From: Nostoc sp.
Lineage (GTDB): Bacteria > Cyanobacteriota > Cyanobacteriia > Cyanobacteriales > Nostocaceae
DNA: 64,000 bases
Reading direction: 5' to 3'
NCBI GenBank assembly: GCA_036918135.1
Contig: JBALDB010000067.1
Location: 180,666-244,665, forward strand
The position numbers were made by a program, and so were the translations under genes. Positions 1 to 11,200 of this stretch are shown here, piece by piece. How positions within the stretch are numbered: the stretch's first letter is position 1; each line of letters starts with the position of its first letter. The notes under the pieces were generated by a model, which had not been told where the DNA came from, searched no databases, and saw only the letters and a program-made list of their open reading frames with translations.

Positions 1-3000
1 GGTCGCCCAATAGCTAACATCCAGATTTATTTGCTGGATGGGCATCTTAACTGTGTGCCTGTAGGTGTCACAGGCGAATTATATATTGGTGGTGTGGGAG
101 TGGGTCGCGGCTATTTAAACCGCCCAGAATTGACTGCTGAGAAATTTATCCCCAACCCCTTTAGCCAACAACCAGGGCGTCTGTATAAAACTGGTGATTT
201 AGCACGTTATTTAGCCAATGGAGAGATAGAGTACATTGGTCGAATTGACCACCAAGTGAAAATTCGTGGTTTCCGTATCGAGTTGGGAGAAATTGAAGCA
301 TCTATTACTCAACACCCAGCAGTGCGCGAAACTGTAGTTGTAGCAGATGCTCAGCGAATAGTCGCTTATGTAGTCTTGCACGCCGAGCAAACACTGGCAA
401 TTTCTCAATTACGCAACTTCCTAGAGTCCAAGTTGCCAAGCTACATGCTGCCAGCAGCTTTCGTATTCCTAGAAGCACTACCCCTGACACCTAATGGTAA
501 GATTGACCGTAAAGCACTACCCATAGTTGGTCTGACACAGCTAATACCTGAGTCATATTTTGTACCTCCTTCCACACCAATTGAGGAGATGCTAGTTACT
601 ATTTGGGCTAAGGTTCTTGGTATTGAGAAGATTAGCATTCATGAAAATTTCTTTGAAGTAGGTGGACACTCTCTATTAGCAACGCGTCTAATTTCCCAGA
701 TTAGGCAGGTTTTTCAGATAGAGCTTCCTTTACGTTCTGTATTTGAAAAACCAACAATAGCTGAGCTGGCTAAAGAGATTGAAAAAGCCACCAAGATTAG
801 CTTAGGAATTGATACACCAAACATTGAGCGAATTTCACGTTTGCAAGAGTTACCCCTATCCTTTGCTCAGCAACGGTTATGGTTCCTTGCTAATTTAAAT
901 CCAAACAGTTCTTTCTACAATATTCCTGCTGCTGTTCGGCTACAGGGGGAATTGAACCTCAAAGCACTACAACAAAGTTTCAATGAAATTCTTTGCCGTC
1001 ACGAAGCCTTGCGAACCAACTTTCAAACAATCGAAGGGCAACCCATAGCAATCATTTCATCAGCGACACTAGTACCTTTGTCTATATTTGACATTAGTGA
1101 ATTACCCGCAAATCAACGAGAAGTTCAAGTCAGACAGCAAGCATTAGCAGAAGCACAACAACCTTTTGACTTGAAGAGCGACCTGCTGCTGCGGGTGAAA
1201 CTACTACGACTAAGCGAACAAGAACATGTAGTGTTATTTACAATGCACCACATTGTCTCTGACGGTTGGTCGATAGGTGTGCTAGTGCGTGAATTGGTAG
1301 CACTTTATCAAGCCTTCTGCGAGCAACAACCCTCTTTGCTAGCTCAACTACCTGTTCAGTATGTAGACTTTGCAGCTTGGCAACGACAATGGCTACAAAA
1401 AGAGGCGCTACAATCCCAGCTATCTTACTGGTTAAAGCAGTTACAAGGGGCACCAAAAGTACTGGAATTACCCACAGACTATCCACGTCCTCCTGTTCAG
1501 ACCTTCCGGGGTGCGACCTATTCATTTGAGCTATCCGATAAATTATCGGTAGCCTTGAATAAATTCAGCCAGCAGCAAGGAGCCACTCTATTCATGACCT
1601 TGCTGGCAGCTTTCCAGACTTTATTATGGCGCTACACAAGCAGTGAAGATATTATGGTCGGTTCACCCATCGCTAACCGCAATCGGGCAGAAATCGAAGG
1701 GTTAATTGGATTTTTTGTCAATACTTTGGTACTGCGAACTAATTTTGCGGGTAATCCTACCTTTGAGGAGCTACTAGCTCGTGTTCGGGAAGTAGCATTA
1801 GGAGCCTATGTACATCAGGATTTGCCTTTTGAACTGTTGGTAGAAGAACTACAACCACAACGAGACTTGAGCCACGCACCATTATTTCAAGTGATGTTTG
1901 TGCTTCAGAATGCACCAATGTCAGATTTAAAATTACCTGGTATAACTTTAAGTTCTCTAAAAATTGAAAGTGATAGTGCCAAATTTGATTTGACTTTAGA
2001 GATGGCAGAAACAGCGCAGGGACTATTTGCCACTCTGGAGTATAATACCGATTTATTTGAGGAAAGTACTATCAGCCGGATGGCAGGACATTTGCAGTCC
2101 TTGCTTGAAGGTATTGTTGCAAATGCCCAACGGCGGCTTTCGGAGTTACCACTGTTAACAGAACCGGAACAACACCAGTTATTAATGGAGTGGAATGATA
2201 CTAACAGTGAGTATCCCCAACAAAAAACTATCCACGAGTTATTTGAGGCGCAAGTAGAACGTACACCCGAAGCAATAGCAGTAGTATTTGAAGAAGAACA
2301 ACTAACCTATGGCGAACTCAACGCCAGAGCCAACCAACTAGCCCACCATTTGCAAGCTTTAGGTGTAAAACCAGAAGTATTGGTGGGAATATGTGTAGAG
2401 CGATCGCTTTGGATGGCGATCGGCATCTTAGCCATCCTCAAAGCAGGTGGCGCATATGTACCACTAGACCCTACCTATCCTCAACAACGTCTAGGCTTCA
2501 TCCTAGAAGATGCTCAAATATCAGTATTACTAACACAGCAGCACCTCAAACAGAATTTGCCCCAACATCAGGGCTTTATTGTTTGTCTAGATACTCAGTG
2601 GCAAACAATAACTCATCAAAGACAACAAAACCCAATCAGTGAGTGTACGACTGAGAACTTGGCTTATATTATTTATACATCCGGTTCCACAGGTCAACCC
2701 AAAGGGGTGTTAGTTAATCACAGCAATGTTGTTCGTTTATTAGCAGCAACTCAATGTTGGTATCACTTTAATCAAGATGATGTATGGACATTATTCCACT
2801 CCATAGCCTTTGATTTCTCGGTTTGGGAACTTTGGGGTGCGTTGGTGTATGGTGGAAAGTTAGTAGTAGTACCATACTGGTTGAGTCGTTCACCACAAGA
2901 GTTCTACAAATTGTTGTTCACACAGCAAGTCACAATACTCAACCAGACGCCTTCAGCTTTTTCACAACTGATACACGCAGAAGAATCGTTGGCAAATATT

Positions 3001-4104
3001 AGTAAATTAAGCTTACGAAAAGTGATTTTTGGTGGAGAAGCATTGCAACTTGAGAGTTTAAGACCTTGGTTTGAACGTCATGGCGACCAGTTTCCCCAGT
3101 TAATCAATATGTACGGAATTACAGAAACAACCGTGCATGTGACCTATCGTCCGCTAACGATGCTAGATTTACAACTAGGATCGGCAAGTGTGATTGGGCG
3201 TCCGATTGCTGACTTACAAGTTTACTTATTAGATGAATATCTACAGCCAGTACCGATTGGCGTACCAGGTGAAATCTATATTGGTGGTGCTGGTGTAGTA
3301 CGGGGTTATTTAAATCGACCACAATTAACACCTGTTAAATTTATTCCCAATCCCTTTAGTAATAAACCAAATGCACGTCTTTATAAATCCGGTGATTTAG
3401 GTCGATATTTAGCCAATGGAGATATTGAATATTTAGGTCGTATTGACCAGCAAGTCAAAGTCCGTGGTTTCCGCATTGAGTTAGGAGAAATTGAGGCACT
3501 GATTAGCCAATACCCAGGAGTTAGAGAAACTGTGGTTGTGCCATCAGACACTCAAGGTTTAATCGCTTATTTAGTTCCACAAAAAGAGCAGACATTGGTA
3601 ATTAATCAACTGCGAGGCTTCTTGGAGTCTAAGTTGCCAAGCTACATGCTCCCAGGAGCTTTTGTATTACTACAAGCACTGCCCCTGACACCTAATGGCA
3701 AGGTTGACCGTAAAGAGCTACCTACACCTAATACAGTACGTCCCGATTTGGAAGCAGCTTACCAACCACCCCAAACCGAGGTAGAAAAAACTATTGCTAA
3801 TATTTGGCAAGAAATACTGAATGTTGAGAACATAGGAATTGATGATAACTTCTTTGAACTTGGTGGTCATTCATTGCTTTTAATTCAAGTTCATAACAAA
3901 TTGCGTGGAATATTTAAGAGCGATTTATCTGTTCTCGATTTATTTAGATATCCGACTATCAGCTCTTTAGTAGATTATTTTCATCAAGTCAAAAATGGAA
4001 ACCCATCTTTTGGTGCAACAGATATTGTCAGTGAAAAAATTGAAGCTGGTAAAGCTCAACAGAAAAAGCGTCTTCAAAAAATGAAATCTATTGAAAATAT
4101 TTAA
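1..4104 (+). CDS. NRPS, 5'-truncated by the window edge: (partial A)-T-C(LCL)-A(Thr)-T, basic C-terminal docking tail
   Basis: Frame 1 is open from base 1 (GRPIANIQIYLLD). Motifs: YKTGDL, GGHSLL (two T domains), HHIVSDGWS, YTSGSTGQPKG. Pocket residues read from FDFSVWE/ILNQTPS/VIFGGE/NMYGITETTVH give DFWNIGMVHK, the Thr code. No TE. Confidence 0.95.
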   Translation, partial: GRPIANIQIYLLDGHLNCVPVGVTGELYIGGVGVGRGYLNRPELTAEKFIPNPFSQQPGRLYKTGDLARYLANGEIEYIGRIDHQVKIRGFRIELGEIEASITQHPAVRETVVVADAQRIVAYVVLHAEQTLAISQLRNFLESKLPSYMLPAAFVFLEALPLTPNGKIDRKALPIVGLTQLIPESYFVPPSTPIEEMLVTIWAKVLGIEKISIHENFFEVGGHSLLATRLISQIRQVFQIELPLRSVFEKPTIAELAKEIEKATKISLGIDTPNIERISRLQELPLSFAQQRLWFLANLNPNSSFYNIPAAVRLQGELNLKALQQSFNEILCRHEALRTNFQTIEGQPIAIISSATLVPLSIFDISELPANQREVQVRQQALAEAQQPFDLKSDLLLRVKLLRLSEQEHVVLFTMHHIVSDGWSIGVLVRELVALYQAFCEQQPSLLAQLPVQYVDFAAWQRQWLQKEALQSQLSYWLKQLQGAPKVLELPTDYPRPPVQTFRGATYSFELSDKLSVALNKFSQQQGATLFMTLLAAFQTLLWRYTSSEDIMVGSPIANRNRAEIEGLIGFFVNTLVLRTNFAGNPTFEELLARVREVALGAYVHQDLPFELLVEELQPQRDLSHAPLFQVMFVLQNAPMSDLKLPGITLSSLKIESDSAKFDLTLEMAETAQGLFATLEYNTDLFEESTISRMAGHLQSLLEGIVANAQRRLSELPLLTEPEQHQLLMEWNDTNSEYPQQKTIHELFEAQVERTPEAIAVVFEEEQLTYGELNARANQLAHHLQALGVKPEVLVGICVERSLWMAIGILAILKAGGAYVPLDPTYPQQRLGFILEDAQISVLLTQQHLKQNLPQHQGFIVCLDTQWQTITHQRQQNPISECTTENLAYIIYTSGSTGQPKGVLVNHSNVVRLLAATQCWYHFNQDDVWTLFHSIAFDFSVWELWGALVYGGKLVVVPYWLSRSPQEFYKLLFTQQVTILNQTPSAFSQLIHAEESLANISKLSLRKVIFGGEALQLESLRPWFERHGDQFPQLINMYGITETTVHVTYRPLTMLDLQLGSASVIGRPIADLQVYLLDEYLQPVPIGVPGEIYIGGAGVVRGYLNRPQLTPVKFIPNPFSNKPNARLYKSGDLGRYLANGDIEYLGRIDQQVKVRGFRIELGEIEALISQYPGVRETVVVPSDTQGLIAYLVPQKEQTLVINQLRGFLESKLPSYMLPGAFVLLQALPLTPNGKVDRKELPTPNTVRPDLEAAYQPPQTEVEKTIANIWQEILNVENIGIDDNFFELGGHSLLLIQVHNKLRGIFKSDLSVLDLFRYPTISSLVDYFHQVKNGNPSFGATDIVSEKIEAGKAQQKKRLQKMKSIENI

Positions 4105-4475
4105 GGATGGATCGAATGAGCTAGTCAAAAGTAACCAAAAACCTACCTAAGTAAATTGGTACAATAAAACCCTTTTCCCTCTTGCCCCCTGCCGACGCTC
4201 GCAGACTTGCTAACGCTGCGCTATCCTGCCTCCTGCCTCATGTCAACGATAAATTTTCCCACCCACCTACCTATACCTAAGCTATAATTATTACTTTTTT
4301 CTGGGAGTCATCTGCCAACAGAAAAATTTAATCCTGTAAAACTGTTGACAAAATACTCATCATCTGAAATTTTTACAAATGTATATTGACGAATAAATAT
4401 AGCTAAACAATCGCGATATTCACAGATTGTTCTAGAATTCTTCAACTCCCTTTGTAAATAAAAGGTGATAATTAC

Positions 4476-4537
4476 TTGTAATTAATTCTCGATTAGCTGT
4501 AAAATATTTTTTCGGCTTGATAGTAATTTATCTCAAT
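4476..4537 (+). promoter_or_regulatory. Putative Fur-box-like AT-rich sites upstream of the TonB-dependent receptor
   Basis: ttgtaattaattctcgatt (4476-4494) and tgatagtaatttatctcaat (4518-4537) are imperfect matches to the TGAnAATnATTnTCA 7-1-7 motif, upstream of a siderophore receptor gene. Confidence 0.5.
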
Positions 4538-4611
4538 TAATAAGCAGCTATTTGCTGCATGATGGCATTATTCTTCAGTCAGATGATATTGACGGGTGTG
4601 TGGAGTAGTAA

Positions 4612-7242
4612 ATGAAGCCAAAGCTGTTACCAAAAATTTTCTTAGTAGTGAGTTCTATTTCGTTTTGGGGTGCAATGAGCGCTACTGCTCAAGAAATACC
4701 CAAGCAAGAGGTAGAAAGAAAGTCTGTTGCATCGGTAGTTCACAATTCCAAGTTAATCAAACAGATTCGCCAATTCTCTGAGATAGAGCATCCCAAGACA
4801 AACGCCCAAATGTTAGTGCAGTCGCCAGCACCCTCATCAGAAATTGTGCAGGTTACAGGAGTTAAAGCTACTCCCACCGACAAAGGTGTGGAAGTGATTT
4901 TACAGACTTCCAAAAGCGCGCAACTGCGAATCACAAATCGCAGTACTGGGAATAACTTTATTGCTGATATACCTAACTCACAACTACGTCTACCTAATGG
5001 TGATGCTTTTACATTTCGTTCAGAAAAACCGCTTGCAGAAATTACTGAGATAACAGTTAGAAATCTTGATGCAAATACTATCCGGGTGACAGTGATAGGT
5101 AACACAGCACTGCCAACGGTTGAGTTATTTGATGATGATACAGGTTTGGTTTTTGGGGTAGTATCTGCTGCAACTGCGACACAGCCACCAAACCAGCCGA
5201 CGACTGAGACGAAGCCAGAGGAACCTACAGCACAGCAGGATCAACCGATTGAGTTGGTAGTGACGGGCGAGCAAGACGGCTATAACGTACCTGATGCCAG
5301 TGTGGGCACCCGAACCGACACACCTTTGCGCGATATTCCCCAATCGATTCAGGTAGTACCGCAACAGGTGATTAAAGACCAGCAAGCAACTCGCCTCACA
5401 GAAGTGTTAAAAAATGTGCCGGGTGTTGTAGTAGGAGGTCGAAGCCCTCGCGATCCTCTCAATATCTATACTATTCGCGGCTTTAGTGCTTTTTCAGATA
5501 CTCTACTCAATGGGGTACAAGACCGTTCAATCGGGAGTGTCGGGTTTGGCTCTAATGCAAATGTTGAGCGGGTTGAAGTGCTTAAAGGACCCGCTTCGGT
5601 TCTATTCGGTCAAGGCGGACTCGGCGGCGTAGTCAATATAGTAACCAAGCAACCATTGCGCGATCCGTTCTACTCCGTGGAAGCCTCTGCTGGCAACTAC
5701 AATGCCTATAACGGTGCAATTGATTTATCTGGGCCGTTGAATGACAGTAAAACGGTGTTGTATCGCCTAAATGCTTCTGCTGGAACAACCGAAAGCTTTA
5801 TTGATTTCTACAATCAACAGGAATATCTAATTGCACCTAGTATAAGCTGGCAAATTAGTGACAGAACAAAGCTGACCCTAGAAGCAAGCTATTCTCTTGC
5901 ACAAGGGCCCTATGATTTTGGAATACCAGCACAGGGAAGTATACTGCCTAACCCCAATGGCGAAATTCCTCGTAATCGTTTTCTGAGTGAACCTGGTTTC
6001 AATAACGCGGCTAATGGTGCATTTCGGATTGGTTATAACTTTGAACATCGCTTTAGCGAGAACTGGCAAGCACGGAGCGTTTTTCAGACTTCTTTGTTTC
6101 ACCTGAGACGAAATATTGTGTTTCCTTTTGGATTAGAAGATGATTTGCGTACTGTAGGTAGAGGGATTGAGGATTTTGACTACGATGAAAATGCTTATAA
6201 TCTTGACAATTATGTGGTCGCTAAGTTGACAACAGGTAGTATCAAGCATCAGCTAGTTGCTGGATTTAACTTGAGTAGAACTGACACTAATACTAACGAT
6301 ATCTACAGTGACACTACTCCTCTGGATATTTTTAATCCTGTGTATGGAAATATTACAGAAAATTTTCTTCCAGATTATAATTACCAAAGTAGGCAGCAAC
6401 AATTAGGTTTTTACATTCAAGACCAAATCACCCTAGCAGAAAACTTAAAAGTACTTTTGGGTGGGCGCTATGACATTGCCAATTCAAAGTTTAGAGATTT
6501 ATTCAATCAAACAAGCGACTTTAGCCAAGCAGAAGCTTTTAGCCCCCGTGTTGGAATTGTTTACCAGCCCATTCAACCGCTCTCACTCTACGCCAGCTAT
6601 AGCCGTTCATTCAATTCGGGATCGTCTGCATTTGGTGTAGGTACACCACAACCAGAGCGAGGAACGCAGTATGAAATCGGGGTTAAAGCAGATTTGAGTA
6701 ACCGATTAGCTGCAACCTTGGCATTTTATGATTTGACTCGCACAAATCTACCAACCTCAGATCCAAACGATCCTCGATTAACAATTCTAGTTGGGGAACA
6801 GCGCAGTCGTGGGATTGAATTTGATGTTTCTGGCGAAATCTTACCGGGGTGGAACATCATTGCTGGCTATGCCTACACTGATGCAGTAATTACGGAAGAT
6901 AACGACTTACCAGTAGGTAATCAACTGAATAATGTGCCAAAACATGCGCTCAACCTCTGGACAACTTACGAAATTCAATCTGGCAGTTTAAAAGGATTAG
7001 GTTTCGGTCTAGGAGCCTTTTTCTACGGAGACAGGAAAGCCGACTTAGTAGATAACACGGTTGAGTTACCTAGTTATATACGCACAGATGCAGCTATTTA
7101 TTATAAGCGAGACAATTACCAGGCTGCGATCAATATCAGGAATTTATTTGACAGTGATTATTTTGTCTCTGCACAAAACCTGAATCGGATTATACCTGGC
7201 GATCCCCTGACAATTCAGGGTACAATTACCTGGCAGTTTTGA
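4612..7242 (+). CDS. TonB-dependent siderophore receptor with N-terminal AMIN domain (cyanobacterial FhuA-like)
   Basis: Signal peptide; AMIN-like region; TonB box IELVVTG; plug motif RTDTPLRDIPQSIQVV; ERVEVLKGPASVLFG; C-terminal Phe (WQF). Confidence 0.95.
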   Translation: MKPKLLPKIFLVVSSISFWGAMSATAQEIPKQEVERKSVASVVHNSKLIKQIRQFSEIEHPKTNAQMLVQSPAPSSEIVQVTGVKATPTDKGVEVILQTSKSAQLRITNRSTGNNFIADIPNSQLRLPNGDAFTFRSEKPLAEITEITVRNLDANTIRVTVIGNTALPTVELFDDDTGLVFGVVSAATATQPPNQPTTETKPEEPTAQQDQPIELVVTGEQDGYNVPDASVGTRTDTPLRDIPQSIQVVPQQVIKDQQATRLTEVLKNVPGVVVGGRSPRDPLNIYTIRGFSAFSDTLLNGVQDRSIGSVGFGSNANVERVEVLKGPASVLFGQGGLGGVVNIVTKQPLRDPFYSVEASAGNYNAYNGAIDLSGPLNDSKTVLYRLNASAGTTESFIDFYNQQEYLIAPSISWQISDRTKLTLEASYSLAQGPYDFGIPAQGSILPNPNGEIPRNRFLSEPGFNNAANGAFRIGYNFEHRFSENWQARSVFQTSLFHLRRNIVFPFGLEDDLRTVGRGIEDFDYDENAYNLDNYVVAKLTTGSIKHQLVAGFNLSRTDTNTNDIYSDTTPLDIFNPVYGNITENFLPDYNYQSRQQQLGFYIQDQITLAENLKVLLGGRYDIANSKFRDLFNQTSDFSQAEAFSPRVGIVYQPIQPLSLYASYSRSFNSGSSAFGVGTPQPERGTQYEIGVKADLSNRLAATLAFYDLTRTNLPTSDPNDPRLTILVGEQRSRGIEFDVSGEILPGWNIIAGYAYTDAVITEDNDLPVGNQLNNVPKHALNLWTTYEIQSGSLKGLGFGLGAFFYGDRKADLVDNTVELPSYIRTDAAIYYKRDNYQAAINIRNLFDSDYFVSAQNLNRIIPGDPLTIQGTITWQF

Positions 7243-7260
7243 GCAAACCCTCTAGACATC

Positions 7261-7291
7261 CTACGCTTCTATTTATCACGATGAAGCGTAG
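7261..7291 (+). terminator. Stem-loop just downstream of the receptor gene
   Basis: ctacgcttc-N13-gaagcgtag, a 9-bp perfect stem starting 19 nt after the stop codon. No clear U tract. Confidence 0.4.
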
Positions 7292-7522
7292 CGCCTTCAC
7301 TTTAATTGAGTAACGCCAAAACTTTTTTAGGCGATCGCGTCTTACTCTTAAGAGGTCATTTGCACGCAATATATACGATTCGTCTTTGAACCTAAAATGA
7401 GAATAGATACTATTACTTGGAAATGGCCCGTTTTATATCTAAATATCATAGTAAATAGCTTCTGATAAGTAACACTGATAAGTCTCAAACTTTTGATACT
7501 TAATCACGATATTTTATCTGTT

Positions 7523-7549
7523 GCTAATGCTAATAATTATCGTTATGAT
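7523..7549 (+). promoter_or_regulatory. Fur box directly upstream of a -10 element, likely the promoter of the PKS/NRPS operon
   Basis: GCTAATGCTAATAATTATC (7523-7541) matches the GATAATGATAATCATTATC Fur consensus at 16/19 positions. TATGAT follows at 7544-7549. Confidence 0.7.
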
Positions 7550-8211
7550 GATTTAGGCTAATTAAAAAAGTTGCAATCAAAACGATAAAATTAGCTTAAG
7601 AAATCATTAGTAATTAGTATTTAGGTAGTCTCAATAGTTGGTTAAACTAATTATTGTCTTTAGTTCAGTGAACTAATCAATAGTAACCTGACTTTTATCG
7701 TCTATACTGCTGGTTAAAGAGGCAAATCTAAAGACGTGTAAATTACTGTCCTATGGAAACATTGAGTAGCACGAGAAACGGTAGTTGCTATTTGTTCTTG
7801 AAAACAGATTCTCGAAAGTTTAGTAATCTATTTAGTTCTTCAAAAAAAGCAAATACTGACAATTTTGCTACTACGCATCATTGGAAAGTCAAAGCTACCA
7901 ATCTATTAAATATCTGACTACATTAATCCTGTCAGAGTTGTAATTAATAAACCGCCTTCTCTACGAGACATTATGCGAATAGGCAACAAACGTATCAGAA
8001 GATGCCAATAAAATAAATAGAAGCTTTCATATTTTATTTATGATTAGTGTAGAGGCTATTTAGCTAATTTTTTAATCAAGTCAAAAATCAAAAAACCATC
8101 CTTTTGTGTAATAAATATTGTCAACTAAAAAAGATAAGCTGATAAATATCAAAAATAAACCATCCTCCAAAAATTAAATATTTTAAAAAGATTTAAGGAT
8201 TAAGCGAACTT

Positions 8212-11200
8212 ATGAGTGTTGCGATGCCTAATTCTCTGAATGGTTCAGAAATAGCAGTTATCGGCTTAACAGGGTGTTTCCCTGGAGCAAAAAATATTGA
8301 TGAATTCTGGGAAAATCTCCAACAAGGTAGAGAATCAATCTCTGTTTTTACTGACGAAGAACTGTTGTCATCAGGTATAAGTTCGTCAACATTAAATGAT
8401 CCTAATTATGTAAAAGCACACGCTATATTAGAAGACGCAGAATTATTTGACGCTTCATTCTTTGGCTTTAATCCCAGAGAAGCAGAAATTACCGATCCCC
8501 AGCATCGAATTTTTCTAGAGTGTGCTTGGTCAGCTTTGGAAAGTGCTGGATACGATTCGCAAACTTATAAAGGTGCTATTGGTGTTTATGGTGGCTCTAG
8601 TTTGAGCAGCTACTTACTTAATATTTATCTAAATCAAAATATTATAAATTCTATCGATCCTCAACAACTGACAATAGCAGCTAATAAAGATTATTTAACT
8701 ACTCGCGTTTCTTACAAACTCAATTTAGAAGGGCCAAGTTACGCAGTGCAAACTGCCTGCTCAACTTCATTAGTTGCTGTTCACTTAGCTATCATGAGCT
8801 TGCTCAATGGCGAATGTGACATTGCTTTAGCTGGTGGTGTTGCTATTAATGCAGAAAGAAAAGCTGGATATATGTATACAGAAGGAGGAATAGCGTCTCC
8901 TGACGGACATTGCCGTACCTTTGATGCTAAGGCAAAAGGGTCTGTAGGCGGTGAGGGTGTGGGCATTGTAGTGTTGAAGCGATTAGAAGATGCTTTAAAC
9001 GATCGCGATCGCATTCATGCTGTAATCAAAGGATCGGCAATTAATAACGATGGTTCATTCAAGGTAAGCTACACAGCACCCCGCATCGATACTCAAGCAA
9101 AGGTGATTAGAACAGCCCAAATCGTAGCTGAAGTAGAACCTGAGACAATTACTTACATTGAAGCTCACGGTACAGCAACAGTCTTAGGAGATCCCATCGA
9201 AATTGCCGCCCTGACACAAGCTTTTCGCTCTAGTACCCAAAAGAAAGGATTCTGCGCCATTGGTTCGGTTAAAACCAATATTGGGCATTTGGATACTGCG
9301 GCTGGTGTAACGGGACTTATCAAAACCGTTCTAGCCCTCAAGCACAAACAAATACCACCCAGCTTACACTTTGAGCAACCTAATCCGGAAATTGACTTTG
9401 CTAATAGTCCCTTTTACGTCAATACTACACTTGCCCAATGGCAGACGCATGGCACACCTCGACGTGCAGGAGTTAGTTCTTTTGGACTTGGAGGAACCAA
9501 TGCCCATGTAATTCTTGAAGAAGCCCCAATTGTTGAACCTTCCAGTTCCTCTCGGACTTGGCAGTTGTTGATGTTATCTGCCAAAACAAGTTCAGCACTG
9601 GAAACGGCTACCACAAATCTAGCTAATTACTTCCAAGAGCATCCCGATTTAAACCTCGCGGATGTAGCTTATACATTACAAATTGGGCGCAGAGCTTTTG
9701 AGCATCGGCGCACAGTTGTCTGCCGAGATATTCAAGATGCTATCGACGCACTTCAAGATTCCAAACGAGTTCTCACCAGTACTCACAAAACTCAGGAACG
9801 CTCTGTTGCTTTCATGTTTTCTGGACTGGGAACCCACTACGTTGATATGGGTCTCGAACTTTACCAAACTGAGCCAACATTTCGTGGCTGTGTTGACCAA
9901 TGCTGCGAACTTCTCAAATCCCACCTAAGTCTGGATTTGCGAGATATTCTGTATCCCAATAGAAACAGTGAGAATGGAAATAAATCAAATACTCTCTCTG
10001 GTGGGCTAGATTTGCGAAAAATGCTCGGTCGAACAACGCAACCAGCAGATGTAGCCACGCAAAAACTCAATCAAACCGTTTATACCCAACCAGCTCTGTT
10101 CGTGATTGAATACGCTTTAGCTCAATTGTGGATATCCTGGGGAATTCGTCCTACGGCAATGATTGGCTATAGCATCGGTGAATATGTCGCAGCAACTCTA
10201 GCAGAAGTTTTATCTTTGGAAGACGCTTTAACCTTGGTAGCTAAAAGAGCGCAAATGATTCAACAGTTGCCTGAAGGAGCAATGTTGGCAATTGGGCTTT
10301 CGGAAGCGGAAATACAGCCTTTGTTAAATGAAAAGATTTCTTTATCTGCAATTAACGGCTCATCATTATGTGTGATTGCAGGTGCTACCGATGCTATTGA
10401 GGAAGTAGAACGACGGTTGAGTGAAAGAGGTTTAATTGGTAAACGTTTACAGAGTTCTCATGCTTTTCATTCTGTGATGATGGAAGCGATCGCACCTAGC
10501 TTTTATAATTTAGTTCAAACATTCACTCTCAAACCGCCAACAATTCCTTATTTATCCAACGTTACCGGAACTTGGATTACAGCAGACCAAGCAACAGATC
10601 CGAGTTATTGGGTACAGCACCTCTGTCAAGCAGTACGCTTTGCTTCGGGAGTGCAACAATTATCGCAAAAAGATAATCCGATTTTATTAGAAGTTGGCCC
10701 CGGTCAGGCATTGAGCAGTTTCGCACTGCAATGTCTAGAAAATGAGGATAGAACAACATCGGTGATATTGCCTTCCCTGCGGCATTCTTACGAGCAACAA
10801 TCAGATGTTGCATTTTTAATCAATACATTGGGTCGCCTGTGGTTGGCTGGGGTAAAAGTAGACTGGTCTGGTTTTTATACCCACGAAGAACGCGGTCGCA
10901 TTCCCTTACCGACGTATCCTTTTGAACGTCAGCGTTACTGGATAGATGCTAACCCTGAAGCTAATTTGGCAACGCCACTACAGAAAAAAACTAATATTAC
11001 CGACTGGTTTTATATGCCCTCCTGGAAACGCTCTCCACAGATAACAGCAAAACCAGCACAAAAGTTATGTAATTTAGTATTTATTGATACTAATTGTATA
11101 GGTTCAGAAATTGTCAAACAGTTGGAATTACAAGGACATGATGTCATTACTGTGACTGTTGGAGAACAGTTTACACAACTGGGGCAACGCCGTTACGCAA

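Noticed and set aside
4107..4124. ATGGATCGAATGAGCTAG (MDRMS*) right after the NRPS stop, as a relic start of a displaced PKS gene
   Set aside because: Only five codons and no KS-like sequence follows; could be chance.
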